Positions 10,624 through 20,923 of a stretch of DNA of 64,000 bases are shown here, in pieces; the stretch's first letter is position 1; every line of letters starts with the position of its first letter. The DNA comes from Dehalococcoidia bacterium. GTDB lineage: Bacteria; Chloroflexota; Dehalococcoidia; UBA2979. The position numbers and the translations under genes are program-made. The notes beneath the pieces are model-generated. The model saw only the letters and a list, made by a program, of their open reading frames with translations. It had not been told where the DNA came from and did no database searches. The stretch lies in contig DASCQM010000011.1 in the NCBI GenBank assembly GCA_036013055.1, positions 1,132 to 65,131 on the forward strand, read 5' to 3'.

Positions 10624-10829
10624 CCGCGCAGCTTGAACCCCGCGCCGCCTCGGATGCCTGCCGTCTCGTAGATCTGACCCACGGTCAGCTTGATGTCGTC
10701 TCAGGCCTCGCCGGCACGACCGACCATCGCGAAGTCCGCGTAAGGGATGTCGCTCACGGGGCGCGCGCCGTTGACGTGGTCGAAGGTGCGCACCGCCCAG
10801 CGGCCAGCCGCGCGTAGCAGCTGCGCCAC
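10620..10829 (-). CDS. unassigned 69-codon reading frame interrupted by one in-frame TGA (10703-10701): either recoded or a gene remnant
   Basis: By manual count, about 88% G/C at third positions on both sides of the TGA. Frame reads (V)AQLLRAAGRWAVRTFDHVNGARPVSDIPYADFAMVGRAGEA-TGA-DDIKLTVGQIYETAGIRGGAGFKLRG-TAG. GTG 10829 is a possible start. No family recognised. Confidence 0.3.
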
Positions 10830-10986
10830 CCGTGACTCTACAGTGCGTGAGCGTGCCGCCGGCTGCGGAGTCGTATCATCGGCGGCGGCGTGCGACGCGC
10901 TGTCGAGTGCTATCGCCACTGGATCCCCTGTCGCCCGGCGTAGGCCTCGATCAGTATACGTCTCGGCGCACCGCTCGGATGTACGA

Positions 10987-11763
10987 TCAGATGTTTGAGC
11001 GCGACTGGCCGCCATCGACGTTGATCGTCGCGCCGACGAGCCATGACGCGCGTGGCGAGGCCAGGAACGCGACCACGTCGGCGACCTCGTCGGCGCGGCC
11101 GAAGCGCCCGGCCGCGATGTTTGCGTCGATGAAGGCGGCCATCCCCTCGGGGTCGCTCTCCAGCCGCTGACCCCACGAACCACCGGGAAACGCGATCGAG
11201 CCGGGGGCGACCGTGTTCACGCGGACGCCGTCGCTGGCCCACGCGAGCGCGTAATTCTTCGATGCCGCGATCAGCGCCGACTTCGTGGCGTTGTACTGCC
11301 CGGAGCCGCCCGACTCACGCCCGAAGATCGACGAGATGTTGACGACAGAGCCACCGCCTTCCGCCTTCGCGAGATGCGGCTTCGCAAGTTCCATCAGGCG
11401 CACGACGGCGAGCGTGTTCAACTCGAACGAGGCTCGCCAGGCCTCCTCGATGTCGTCGGCACGCACTGAGGCGCCCGCGTTGTTGACGAGGATGTCGATG
11501 CCACCGAAGCGCGCAGCAGCAGCGTCGATCAGGCGCGCGCAGTCATCGGCATCGGTGACGTCCGCGACGACCGTCAGCACCTCCGCGCTGCCGTCGGCGG
11601 ACTGCCCGGCGATCAGCGTCGCAGCAGCATCGAGACCGTCCTCGTTGCGTGCGCAGATCGTGACGTTGGCACCCTCGGCTGCGAGCGCCTGCGCGATGGC
11701 GAGGCCGATGCCCCGGCTCCCGCCGGTGACGACCGCTGACCTCCCGGATAGGCCCAGATCCAT
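10987..11763 (-). CDS. SDR-family oxidoreductase (FabG-like)
   Basis: AVVTGGSRGIGLAIAQAL Rossmann motif, NNAG, and an S...YxxxK triad (YNATKSAL). ATG 11763 is preferred over GTG 11769. Confidence 0.85.
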   Translation of the reverse strand: MDLGLSGRSAVVTGGSRGIGLAIAQALAAEGANVTICARNEDGLDAAATLIAGQSADGSAEVLTVVADVTDADDCARLIDAAAARFGGIDILVNNAGASVRADDIEEAWRASFELNTLAVVRLMELAKPHLAKAEGGGSVVNISSIFGRESGGSGQYNATKSALIAASKNYALAWASDGVRVNTVAPGSIAFPGGSWGQRLESDPEGMAAFIDANIAAGRFGRADEVADVVAFLASPRASWLVGATINVDGGQSRSNI

Positions 11764-11862
11764 GCGCACACTTCCCTTCGATGCGATGCTGCGACTCGGC
11801 TCGCCGCGCTGCCGCCGAATGATAGCGGGCGGCGCTCTAGCGGCGAACGTCGAAAGGACTGC

Positions 11863-13173
11863 ATGAACCGTTCGATGCCATCGGCCCCGGCGGGCAGCGG
11901 TCGCTTCTTCTACGGCTGGGTGATCGTGGTCGTTGGCGCGTTGATCGCCTTCAGCAGCGGTCCGGGGCAGTCGTTCGTCTTCTCGATCTTCATCGACTCG
12001 ATCATGGAGGAGACCGGCTTCTCCCGTTCGACGATCTCCAGCCTCTACATGCTGAGCACCGGCCTGAGCGCCGCGATGGTGGCGATCGTCAGTCGCATGG
12101 CCGACCGCGTGGGGCCGCGCATCATGGTCGTGATCGTCGGTATTGGCTTCGCGGGAGCATGTTTCGGGATGGCGTTCGCGGCGGGGGTCGTGGCGTTCTA
12201 CCTCTCGTTTGCCGGCCTGCGAGCGCTCGGACAGGGCGCGCTGACGATCAACGCGACATTGCTGGTGAACCAGTGGTTCGTGATGCGTCGCGGGCGCGCG
12301 ATCGCGCTGATGGGGCTTGGTTTCCCGCTCTCGAACGCGATCCTGCCGCCGCTCTCGCGCTTCCTGATCGACGAGTTCGGGTGGCGCGAGGCGTACGGTG
12401 CGCTCGGCGTGATCGTGCTGCTGCTCGTCGTGCCGGCGGCGCTGATCTTCGCGCGCAACCGGCCGGAGGACGTCGGCCTCTATCCCGACGGTTACTCGCA
12501 GCCGCCGGAGGTCGAGAAGACGCTCACGAGCACCGATCCGCGGGACGACCAGCGTCGCGTGCTCTCGTCGCCGTCGTTCTGGCTGCTCGCGCTGCCGCTA
12601 TCGACGCCCGGGCTGGTGACGACGGCGCTGATCTTCCACCAGACATCGATCTTCGAAGAGCGAGGGCTGAGCGCGACGGTCGCGGCGGCGGTCTTCATCG
12701 TTTTCGCGATCGCGTCGGCATCGACGTCGATGATCGCCGGGTTCGTCGTTGAGCGGACGGGGCCGAAGCGGCTCTTCATCTTCGCGATGGTGGCGCTGCT
12801 GGTGGTGCTGGCGATGTCGATGGTCGTGACGTCGCTGTGGATCGCGGTGATCTACGTCGCCACGATGGGCGTCGCCGGCGGCTCGCAGCGCATCGTGCAG
12901 GGGGTGACGTGGGCGCACTACTACGGCCGCTTCGGCCTCGGACGCGTGCAGGGCTCGGCGATGATGGTGACGATCACCGGCGCGGCGATCGGCCCCTTCC
13001 CGCTCGCGCTCTTCCACGATCTCACCGGCAACTACGACGTCGGAATCATGGCGATGGCGCTGTTGCCGGTGCTCTCGATCGCCGCAGTAGTGCTCGGACA
13101 CCCCGAGCGCATGCTGGAGCGGGTGAACGACCCGCAGCCGGACTCAGTCGCGACGTCGGACACGGATTCTTGA
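11863..13173 (+). CDS. MFS transporter
   Basis: 436 aa, about 12 TM helices, two 6-helix halves separated by a charged loop (NRPEDVGLYPDGYSQPPE), resembling oxalate/formate-antiporter-like MFS proteins. Confidence 0.75.
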   Translation: MNRSMPSAPAGSGRFFYGWVIVVVGALIAFSSGPGQSFVFSIFIDSIMEETGFSRSTISSLYMLSTGLSAAMVAIVSRMADRVGPRIMVVIVGIGFAGACFGMAFAAGVVAFYLSFAGLRALGQGALTINATLLVNQWFVMRRGRAIALMGLGFPLSNAILPPLSRFLIDEFGWREAYGALGVIVLLLVVPAALIFARNRPEDVGLYPDGYSQPPEVEKTLTSTDPRDDQRRVLSSPSFWLLALPLSTPGLVTTALIFHQTSIFEERGLSATVAAAVFIVFAIASASTSMIAGFVVERTGPKRLFIFAMVALLVVLAMSMVVTSLWIAVIYVATMGVAGGSQRIVQGVTWAHYYGRFGLGRVQGSAMMVTITGAAIGPFPLALFHDLTGNYDVGIMAMALLPVLSIAAVVLGHPERMLERVNDPQPDSVATSDTDS

Positions 13174-13285
13174 CGCCGATCGCGCAGCTTCGTACGTTCG
13201 CGCGGCAGACTTGAGTCGAATCTGGCGACGGCGCACCACCCGATCGGCGTGATGCAGTCCTCAGATGAAGGAGAAGGAACAGCAG

Positions 13286-14098
13286 ATGGCACCAGCAGTG
13301 AATAAGGACGGGCTCATGGCGGGCAAGGTGGCGATCGTCACCGGCGCGTCGCGCGGCATCGGCGAGGCGATCGCGATCCGCTATGCGATGGACGGCGCGA
13401 AGGTCGTCGTCTCCGCGCGCACCGTCGATGAGGGCGACCACCCGCTCCCCGGCAGCATCAACGGCGTCGTCGAGCGCATCAACGCCGCCGGCGGTGAGGC
13501 CGTGGCGGTGCGCTGCGACCTGGGCAACAGCGACGACCGCGAGAACCTGATCAAGGAGACGGAGGCGGCCTTCGGGCCCGCCGACATCCTCGTCAATAAC
13601 GCGGCCGTGACCTACTTCATCCCGGTGCAGCAGTTCCCGGAGAAGCGCCAGAAGCTGATGTTCGAGGTGCAGGTGTTCGCATCGTTCCACCTCGCGCAGA
13701 TGGTGATGCCGAGCATGCGCGAGAAGGGCGAGGGCTGGATCGTGAACATCTCCTCGCACGCGGCACTGCACCCCCAGCTCGAGGGGCGCGGCGGCGGCAC
13801 CGTCTACGGCATGTGCAAGGCCGCGCTGGAGCGGTTCACAACGGGGCTGGCCTCCGAGGTCTACGGCGACGGGATCGCTGTGAACGTGATTTCGCCGGGC
13901 CTCGTCGCGACGCCGGGCGTGCTGCACCACGGGCTGGTCACAGAGGCGAACAAGGACACGGTGACCCCGGTCGAGCACATGGCCGAGGCGTGCTTCCGGC
14001 TGGCCCACAGCGAGCCCGAGATGCTGTCAGGGCGCATCACGTACGCGGCCGACATGCTTGAGGAATTCAAGCTCGACGCCGCCGAGCTGCTGGCCTGA
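13286..14098 (+). CDS. SDR-family oxidoreductase
   Basis: VAIVTGASRGIGEAIAIRYA, NNAA, ISS...YGMCKAAL. ATG 13286 lies about 10 nt after AAGGAG; the ORF track start is 13265. Confidence 0.8.
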   Translation: MAPAVNKDGLMAGKVAIVTGASRGIGEAIAIRYAMDGAKVVVSARTVDEGDHPLPGSINGVVERINAAGGEAVAVRCDLGNSDDRENLIKETEAAFGPADILVNNAAVTYFIPVQQFPEKRQKLMFEVQVFASFHLAQMVMPSMREKGEGWIVNISSHAALHPQLEGRGGGTVYGMCKAALERFTTGLASEVYGDGIAVNVISPGLVATPGVLHHGLVTEANKDTVTPVEHMAEACFRLAHSEPEMLSGRITYAADMLEEFKLDAAELLA

Positions 14099-14131
14099 CG
14101 GCTCGCCGCCCCTCGATAGGGCGATGATGCG

Positions 14132-14962
14132 ATGACGAACGACGTGCCCGACGCCATCGACGAGTGGGAGCGCCGCGTCGCAGCGGACGCGGAGCAGATC
14201 CCGCGGCTGCGGGAGAATCCGCCACAGGACGACCACTACGAGTCGCGAGCGGCGGACTTCCGGCCCGGTCGCCGCCCCTCGATCGAGATGCCGCTCGTCG
14301 AGCAGCACGCGCGGCCGGACGACGTCTGGCTGGACATCGGCGCAGGCGGCGGGCGCTTCGCCGTGCCGATCGCCGAGCAGGTGCGGCACGTAATCGCGCT
14401 CGACCCGTCAGCGGCAATGCGCACGACGATGGACGCCGCGATGGCGGAGACCGGCGTCCTAAACGTCGACGCCCGCGAGGGTCGCTGGCCCGTCGACGGC
14501 TGGAGCGAGGACGTCGATGTCAGCCTTGCTTCGCACGTGCTCTACGACGAGGCGAATATCACGGCGTTCCTCGACGCGATGGAGCGGCACACGCGACGTC
14601 GCTGCATCGTGATCCTCAGCGATCGCTCACGCGGCGCGAACCTGAACCCGCTGTGGGAGCTGGTTCACGGCGAACCGCGAGCCTCCTTGCCTGCGATGCC
14701 GGAGTTCATGGCCGTGCTGGCGGCCCGTGGGGTCGAGCCCGAGCTGGAGACGCTGGCCGTGAGCCAGGGTGAGCCGGTCCCACTCGATCGTGCCTGCGAC
14801 ACCGCACGACGCTTCCTCTGGCTCCAGCCGGGGACGGAGAAGGATCAGCGCATGTGCGCGCTGGTCGAGGAACGCTACGGCGTCGGTGACGGACTCGCGC
14901 AACTGCCCGCCGGACTGGGCGCGATCGGTGTCGTCAACTGGGCGCCACCATCGACGCCCTAA
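14132..14962 (+). CDS. class I SAM-dependent methyltransferase
   Basis: Motif I VWLDIGAGGGRFAVPIA followed by VIALDPS (acidic residue at the end of beta-2). Confidence 0.7.
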   Translation: MTNDVPDAIDEWERRVAADAEQIPRLRENPPQDDHYESRAADFRPGRRPSIEMPLVEQHARPDDVWLDIGAGGGRFAVPIAEQVRHVIALDPSAAMRTTMDAAMAETGVLNVDAREGRWPVDGWSEDVDVSLASHVLYDEANITAFLDAMERHTRRRCIVILSDRSRGANLNPLWELVHGEPRASLPAMPEFMAVLAARGVEPELETLAVSQGEPVPLDRACDTARRFLWLQPGTEKDQRMCALVEERYGVGDGLAQLPAGLGAIGVVNWAPPSTP

Positions 14963-14966
14963 CGCA

Positions 14967-16328
14967 CTACTTGCCGAGTACCGACTCGCTGACGCCTGAC
15001 GGGTAGAACGTCGTCCGCGCGGCGTCCCTGAGCATGCCCCTGTAGTCGGGGTGCGCGATCGAGATCAGCTCTTCAGCGCGCTGCCGCTCGCTCTTGCCGC
15101 CGAGTCGCGCAATGCCGAACTCGCTGACAACGTAGTCGGCGAAGTGACGCGGCACCGTGATGTAGGAGCCGTCATCGACGTGGGGGACGATGCGGGTGAT
15201 CGAACCCTCGGCTGCTGTCGATGGCAGTACCGTGATCGCCTTACCACCGGGCGCGATCGCGGCACCGATGTGGAATTCCGGCTGTCCGCCGGTGCCGTTG
15301 TAGATCTCCGCGGCGCGAGATTCGGCGGCGACCTGACCGGTGAGGTCAATCTGGAACGCATTGTTGATCGACAGCATCTTCTCGTGCCGTCCGATGTTCA
15401 TGATGTGATTCACCCACGTGACGGAGCGGGTCTCGACGGGTGGATCGTTATCGAGCCACTCGAACTCCTCAGGGCTGCGAGCGCTCACGGTCGCCATCAC
15501 GTGGATACCAGTGTCGTAGCTCTTGCGGGAGCCGTTGATCGTGCCATCCATCATGTAGGGAAGCACGCCGGGAGTGATCTCCGAATGCCAGCCCATGTCC
15601 TTGCGACCGTCGAACAGCCCCTCCTGCCCGAGCAGGCTCGATGTGCGACCGGCGCCGATCTGCACCGTGTCCCCGTCTTCCATGATCTCGCCAACGAAAC
15701 CGGCCACGGGAGCCGCTTCGGGGGTCGGGCCGCGCCGGGCCGCAAGCTGAGCGAGCATCGGATCTTCGGGCAGTTCCGTGTGCGTGAAGGCCGTGACCTC
15801 TGATACATGCAGACGCTCGGTTGTGGGCACGTTGGGAAGCCATGGCACAATCTCCATGATCGTGGTGCGGGCACGACGCGCGAAGTCGCCCTTCTGCCAC
15901 GGCATGCCGCCGAAAGTGACGTACCCGTCCTGATCCGGCGGAGTGACGCTGGTAGCGAAGACATCGATCGTCGGCAGGTGCTCCTGGCGGAAGTCCCAGA
16001 CGTTGAAGCTGTTCGAAAAGAGGCTCGGGTACCAGTCGGCGCGGTGGCCTTCGAGCGCGATGCGGGCCGTGGGGCCGGCGTAGACCTGCGAGCTGAGGTC
16101 GAACTCAAGCGCCGCGTACTCGTCGAAGAACCACTCCTGCGCTGGTGTTGGCGAGCAGGCGACGATCTTCACGTTCATGTTCAGTTCAACGACCCGGGGC
16201 AGCAACGCCGACATCAGGCTGCGGGCATCGCCACCGATGCTCGACCAGAACGTGTCGCCAGCCTGCACGAGCTGCGCGGCCTCTTCTTTGCTCATCAGCT
16301 TCTGCTTGAACTCGTCTTGCCAGCTCAT
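14967..16328 (-). CDS. acetyl-CoA hydrolase/transferase family protein (4-hydroxybutyrate CoA-transferase-like)
   Basis: 453 aa with the family pattern (MSKEEAAQLVQAGDTF..., EITPGV, GTGGQPEFHIGA, AEELISIAHPDYR). Confidence 0.8.
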   Translation of the reverse strand: MSWQDEFKQKLMSKEEAAQLVQAGDTFWSSIGGDARSLMSALLPRVVELNMNVKIVACSPTPAQEWFFDEYAALEFDLSSQVYAGPTARIALEGHRADWYPSLFSNSFNVWDFRQEHLPTIDVFATSVTPPDQDGYVTFGGMPWQKGDFARRARTTIMEIVPWLPNVPTTERLHVSEVTAFTHTELPEDPMLAQLAARRGPTPEAAPVAGFVGEIMEDGDTVQIGAGRTSSLLGQEGLFDGRKDMGWHSEITPGVLPYMMDGTINGSRKSYDTGIHVMATVSARSPEEFEWLDNDPPVETRSVTWVNHIMNIGRHEKMLSINNAFQIDLTGQVAAESRAAEIYNGTGGQPEFHIGAAIAPGGKAITVLPSTAAEGSITRIVPHVDDGSYITVPRHFADYVVSEFGIARLGGKSERQRAEELISIAHPDYRGMLRDAARTTFYPSGVSESVLGK

Positions 16329-16492
16329 GCCACACCCCCCCAGCGCCGGATTACATCCGTGGGCGGACTATACACGAGGTGCCGTCAGACTCGCTCTGAA
16401 TCTGAATCGCTGCCTTCCGTCGGTTCCTTGTCCGGGCGTACTACAATCCGCCTGCAACTTCCGTGGGGACCCGCAGTCGCGAGGAGGACGAG

Positions 16493-17323
16493 ATGGTGAG
16501 CAACGCACAGGTCGGGCGAGTACACGTCGTCGCCGGGGGCTACCCCGTCGGAGCGCTCGGCGGTCACGACATGGACTACGCACGGATGCGCATCCTTGAG
16601 CGGCTGCAGGAGCGCGAACTGCTGACGACGGTGGCTGGCGACTTCACCGACATCGAGAAGTGGCTGCCGAACAGCCAGTTCCTGATCACCTACACCGCCG
16701 GGCCCTTCCTCGATGACGAGCAGAACACGTTCGTGCGGCGATGGATCGACAGCGGCGGGCGCTGGCTCGGTCTGCACGGCTCGACCGGCGGTAAGGCCGC
16801 GCGCCAGGGCGAAGGCAAGCGACGACGGATGATGAAGACGAGCCACCACGACACGCTCGGTGGATTCTTCGTCAGCCACCCGCCGATCCGCCGCTTCGAT
16901 GTCGAGGTCACGGACAACAGCCACCCGCTCGTGCAGGGGCTGCCCGCGACGTTCGATGTCGTCGACGAGCCGTACATGGTCGAGCTACAGCACGAGGACA
17001 CGCGAGTGCTACTGACCTCCTCATGGGGGCCGGACCCGTCGAAGGGCACGTTTGGCTTCGACTACGACAAGGACACGACTCTGATGGAAGACGGCAAGAC
17101 GCGGGCCATCGCCTACACCCGCGACATCGGCAAGGGCGGCGTCACGTACTACGCGCTCGGGCACTGCCACTCACCGGCGTCGAACAGCCAGCCCAACCTT
17201 GACCCGAGTGCGACGGAGCAGGGCGAAGACCCGCTGCGCCTGCGCGGGCCGTGGGAGACAGATGCGTACCAGACGATGCTCGACAACGCGATCGACTGGG
17301 GCACCGCCCCGCCGCAGGACTAG
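16493..17323 (+). CDS. ThuA-domain protein (class-I glutamine-amidotransferase-like fold)
   Basis: VHVVAGGYP...DYARMRILERL...FLITYTAGPF...RWIDSGGRWLGLHGS pattern of ThuA-like proteins. ATG 16493 is preceded by GAGGAGGA. Confidence 0.6.
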   Translation: MVSNAQVGRVHVVAGGYPVGALGGHDMDYARMRILERLQERELLTTVAGDFTDIEKWLPNSQFLITYTAGPFLDDEQNTFVRRWIDSGGRWLGLHGSTGGKAARQGEGKRRRMMKTSHHDTLGGFFVSHPPIRRFDVEVTDNSHPLVQGLPATFDVVDEPYMVELQHEDTRVLLTSSWGPDPSKGTFGFDYDKDTTLMEDGKTRAIAYTRDIGKGGVTYYALGHCHSPASNSQPNLDPSATEQGEDPLRLRGPWETDAYQTMLDNAIDWGTAPPQD

Positions 17324-17329
17324 GGAGCG

Positions 17330-18502
17330 ATGGTGGCCGACCTCGAAGCTCGCCGCGAGACGATCCGCAGGGCGATCGACGCCGCGTCGGATGAACTGCG
17401 GGTGCTCAACCTCGACATCCACGGGCATCCTGAGGTCCGCTTCGAGGAGGAGCACGCGCACGCGGCGCTGACGACGTTCCTCGATGAGCATGGTTTCGAG
17501 GTCGTGCGCAGCGCCTTCGGGCTGCCGACGGCGTTCCGCGCGGTGGCCGGGAGCGGCGAGCCGACGGTGGCGATTATCTGCGAGTACGACGCGCTGCCGG
17601 ACATCGGCCACGCCTGCGGGCACAACCTGATCGCCACGGCGGGCATCGCTGTCGGCCTCGCGCTGCAGGAGGCGATCGAACCCGGCGAGGGCACGATCGT
17701 CGTCATGGGCAGTCCCGCGGAGGAAGGTGGCGGCGGCAAGATCGCGATGATCGATGAGGGAGCGTTCGACGGCATTGACCTCGCGATGATGCTGCACCCC
17801 GGCAACCGCACCGACACCGCGCGTTCCAGCTCGCTCGCGAACCGGCGGCTCGACATCGACTTCTACGGCGTGAACGCGCACGCTGCCGCCCGACCGTGGC
17901 AGGGCGTGAATGCGCTGGACGCGATGGTGCTGGCGTTCAGCGCGATCGGGCTGCTGCGCCAGCAGATCCAGCCGACGTGGCGCGTGCACGGCATCATCAG
18001 CAACGGCGGCGAGGCAGAGAACATCATCCCGGGGCACACGTCGGCGAAGATGCTCGTGCGCACACCGCTCGTCTCGGAGCGTCCCGAACTGGAGCAGCGC
18101 GTTCTCGCCTGCTTCGAGGGCGCGGCCGCGCAGACCGGCGCTCGGCTGGAGTACCGCTGGGACGAGCGCCCATACTCGGAGCTGCAGCAGTCGCCACCGC
18201 TCGCCGAGTCCTACGAGGGGCACTTCGAGGCGATGGCGGGTGAGATCGACCGCACCGTCGCTGCGGCAGCCAGCACCGACATGGGCAACGTCAGTCAGGT
18301 GCTGCCCTCGCTGCATCCGAGCTTCAAGATCCCGTCGGAATTCGGCAACCACAACGCCGGGTTCACCGAAGCGGCCGGCACGCAGGAGGCGCACGAGCTG
18401 ACGCTGCGTGCCGCAACGGCGCTGGCGCTGACGGCGCTCGATGCGTACGTCGACCCCTCGCTGATCGAGGAGGCGAAGCGCGAATTTGCGCAGCGCAAGT
18501 AG
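17330..18502 (+). CDS. M20-family amidohydrolase/metallopeptidase
   Basis: HGHPEVRFEEEHAHAALTTFLDEHGFEV, YDALPDIGHACGHNLIA, GSPAEEGGGGK: metal-ligand pattern of M20D-type amidohydrolases. Confidence 0.8.
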   Translation: MVADLEARRETIRRAIDAASDELRVLNLDIHGHPEVRFEEEHAHAALTTFLDEHGFEVVRSAFGLPTAFRAVAGSGEPTVAIICEYDALPDIGHACGHNLIATAGIAVGLALQEAIEPGEGTIVVMGSPAEEGGGGKIAMIDEGAFDGIDLAMMLHPGNRTDTARSSSLANRRLDIDFYGVNAHAAARPWQGVNALDAMVLAFSAIGLLRQQIQPTWRVHGIISNGGEAENIIPGHTSAKMLVRTPLVSERPELEQRVLACFEGAAAQTGARLEYRWDERPYSELQQSPPLAESYEGHFEAMAGEIDRTVAAAASTDMGNVSQVLPSLHPSFKIPSEFGNHNAGFTEAAGTQEAHELTLRAATALALTALDAYVDPSLIEEAKREFAQRK

Positions 18503-18529
18503 TAGAATCGCCGCCAGGGACGCTCGCGC

Positions 18530-19825
18530 ATGATCTTTCGCTTCAGCCTCTACGGCTTCCTGAAGAACCAGCGGTACTTCGAGCCGTTCCTGCTGCTCGC
18601 GCTGATCCAGATGGGGCTCAGCTTCTTCGAGATCGGGCTGCTGATCGCCTTCCGCGAGCTGGCGACCAACGTGATGGAGATCCCGTCCGGCGCGATCGCC
18701 GACCTCTACGGCCGTCGCAAGTCGATGATTCTCTCGTTCGCGGCGTACATCGTCGGCTTCCTGATCTTTGGCTTCGCCTCAGACATCACGCCGCTCTTCG
18801 GCGCTATGTTCTTCCTTGCCGTCGGCGACGCGTTCCGTACCGGTACGCACAAGGCGATGATCTTCACGTGGCTCCGGCTGCAGGGTCGCAGCGACGAGCG
18901 GACGAAGGTCTACGGCTTCACGCGCTCGTGGAGCAAGATCGGCTCCGCCGTCTCCGCTCTCGTCGCCGCCGGATTCGTGCTCGCGACGGACAGCTACACG
19001 CTCGTCTTCTTCTTCGCCGCCGTCCCTTACGCGATGAACATCGTGAACTTCCTCGGCTACCCCGCCGAGCTCGAGGGAGAGAAGGACGGCAATCCCGGCC
19101 CACGCGAGGTGCTCTCGCACCTGCGTGGCGCGTTCGGCAACGCCCTCGGCCTGAAGCCACTGCGACGCCTGATCCTCGAGTCGATGGCCTTCGAGGGCGT
19201 CTTCCACGCGGTGAAGAGCTACCTGCAGCCCGTGCTCGTGGTGCTCGCGGTCTCGCTGGCCTCCAGCTATGCGGTAGGCGGCGACCTCTCCGAGGTACAG
19301 CGCTCGGCCCTGCTCGTTGGTCCGGTCTACTTCGTGCTGCACCTGCTCTCGAGCGCCGCCAGCCGCAACGCGCACCGCGTCGCTGACCTCGCGGGCGGCG
19401 AAGACCGCGCGGCACGCTGGATCTGGGCCTCGAACACGGCCGTCTTCGCGGTCACGCTGGCCGCCGGCTGGTGGGAGATCACCGGCGCGCTGATCGTCGC
19501 CTTCGTGCTGATGCACGTGCTGCAGGACATGTGGCGTCCGGTACTGATGGCCCGCTTCGACAGCTACGGCGACGAGGGCGAGGCGGCGACGGTGCTTTCG
19601 ATCGAGAGCCAGGCGCAACGCTTCGCGACGATGCTGCTCGCCCCGGCCATCGGGCTGGCGATCGACACGACGCAGGGGAACGACGTCGGCGGCCCGTTCT
19701 GGCCGATCGGTGCTGTCGGGCTGGCCGTCGGGCTGATCTTCTTCGCAACGTCGGTGGCCGCGCCAAAGCCAAGTTCCGATCCGGGCACGGAGCCTCTCGT
19801 CGAGACGCCCGTGGCCGGCTCCTAG
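18530..19825 (+). CDS. MFS transporter
   Basis: 431 aa, multi-TM, with the MFS loop motif GAIADLYGRRKSM between TM2 and TM3. Confidence 0.75.
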   Translation: MIFRFSLYGFLKNQRYFEPFLLLALIQMGLSFFEIGLLIAFRELATNVMEIPSGAIADLYGRRKSMILSFAAYIVGFLIFGFASDITPLFGAMFFLAVGDAFRTGTHKAMIFTWLRLQGRSDERTKVYGFTRSWSKIGSAVSALVAAGFVLATDSYTLVFFFAAVPYAMNIVNFLGYPAELEGEKDGNPGPREVLSHLRGAFGNALGLKPLRRLILESMAFEGVFHAVKSYLQPVLVVLAVSLASSYAVGGDLSEVQRSALLVGPVYFVLHLLSSAASRNAHRVADLAGGEDRAARWIWASNTAVFAVTLAAGWWEITGALIVAFVLMHVLQDMWRPVLMARFDSYGDEGEAATVLSIESQAQRFATMLLAPAIGLAIDTTQGNDVGGPFWPIGAVGLAVGLIFFATSVAAPKPSSDPGTEPLVETPVAGS

Positions 19826-19832
19826 CCGTCGC

Positions 19833-20873
19833 ATGCAGGTCTCGACGGGTATCGCGGGCAATGGCCCCGGCGATTGGGAAGGCGCGGCGACCTACGCGGT
19901 CGAAGCCGAGCGGCTCGGCGTGCACTCACTGTGGTCGGCCGAGACGTGGGGCACGGACGCACTCACACCGCTGGCGTTCATCGCGGCCCGTACGACGTCG
20001 ATCAAGCTCGGTACCGGCATCATGCAGATCGGCGCGCGCACGCCAGCGATGGTCGCGATGTCCGCGCGCGGGATGGCCAGCATCTCGGGCGGTCGCTTCA
20101 TCCTCGGACTGGGGACGAGCGGGCCGCAGGTGATCGAGGGCTGGCACGGCGTCCCCTTCGACCGGCCGGTCCAACGCACCCGCGAACTGATCGAGATCGT
20201 GCGCATGGCCAGTCGCGGGGAGCGACTTGAGTACAGCGGAGAGACGTTCGAACTACCGCTGCCCGGTGGGCAGGGCCGCGCGATCCGCCCCGCGGGCGAA
20301 CCATTCGACGTGCCGATCTACCTTGCCTCGCTCGGCCCTCGCAACCTCGAACTGACGGGCGAGCTGTGTGACGGCTGGATCGGGAATTCGTTCATCCCGG
20401 AGACAGCGGATGTCTTCTTCGACCGGATGCGCGTGGGCGCGGAGCGCAACGGCCGCACGCTGGCCGACCTCAACCTGCAGGTGTCGGTCTCCGTCGAGTT
20501 CGGCGACGACGTGGATGAGATCACGAAGCGCCACGCGCGCGGCTACGCCTTCACCTTCGGGGCGATGGGGTCGCGCAGCGACAACTTCTACCTGAACGCC
20601 TTCGCGAAGCAGGGTTACGCCGACGAAGGGCGCGAGATCCAGGCGCTGTGGCTCGATGGCAAGCGCGACGAGGCCGCCGATCGCGTGCCGCTCGAACTGG
20701 CGACGCGCACGAACCTGCTCGGCACGGACGACCTGATCAAGCAGCGGCTGCGGATCTACCGCGATGCCGGTGTGACGACGTTACGCGCTTTTGTGCGCGG
20801 CTCATCAGTCGCCGAGCGACTGGCAGATCTCGGACGGCTGATCGACCTCGTGAACGAGGTCTCGTCGGAGTAG
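19833..20873 (+). CDS. LLM-class (luciferase-like) F420-dependent oxidoreductase
   Basis: GVHSLWSAETWGTDALTPLAFIAARTTSIKLGTGIMQIGARTPAM...RFILGLGTSGPQVIEGWHG, typical of F420-dependent LLM enzymes. Confidence 0.8.
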   Translation: MQVSTGIAGNGPGDWEGAATYAVEAERLGVHSLWSAETWGTDALTPLAFIAARTTSIKLGTGIMQIGARTPAMVAMSARGMASISGGRFILGLGTSGPQVIEGWHGVPFDRPVQRTRELIEIVRMASRGERLEYSGETFELPLPGGQGRAIRPAGEPFDVPIYLASLGPRNLELTGELCDGWIGNSFIPETADVFFDRMRVGAERNGRTLADLNLQVSVSVEFGDDVDEITKRHARGYAFTFGAMGSRSDNFYLNAFAKQGYADEGREIQALWLDGKRDEAADRVPLELATRTNLLGTDDLIKQRLRIYRDAGVTTLRAFVRGSSVAERLADLGRLIDLVNEVSSE

Positions 20874-20923
20874 CCTCAGGATCGTCGACCCCGCAGCGGC
20901 CTTGACCTAGCGGCGGCCCTAAT

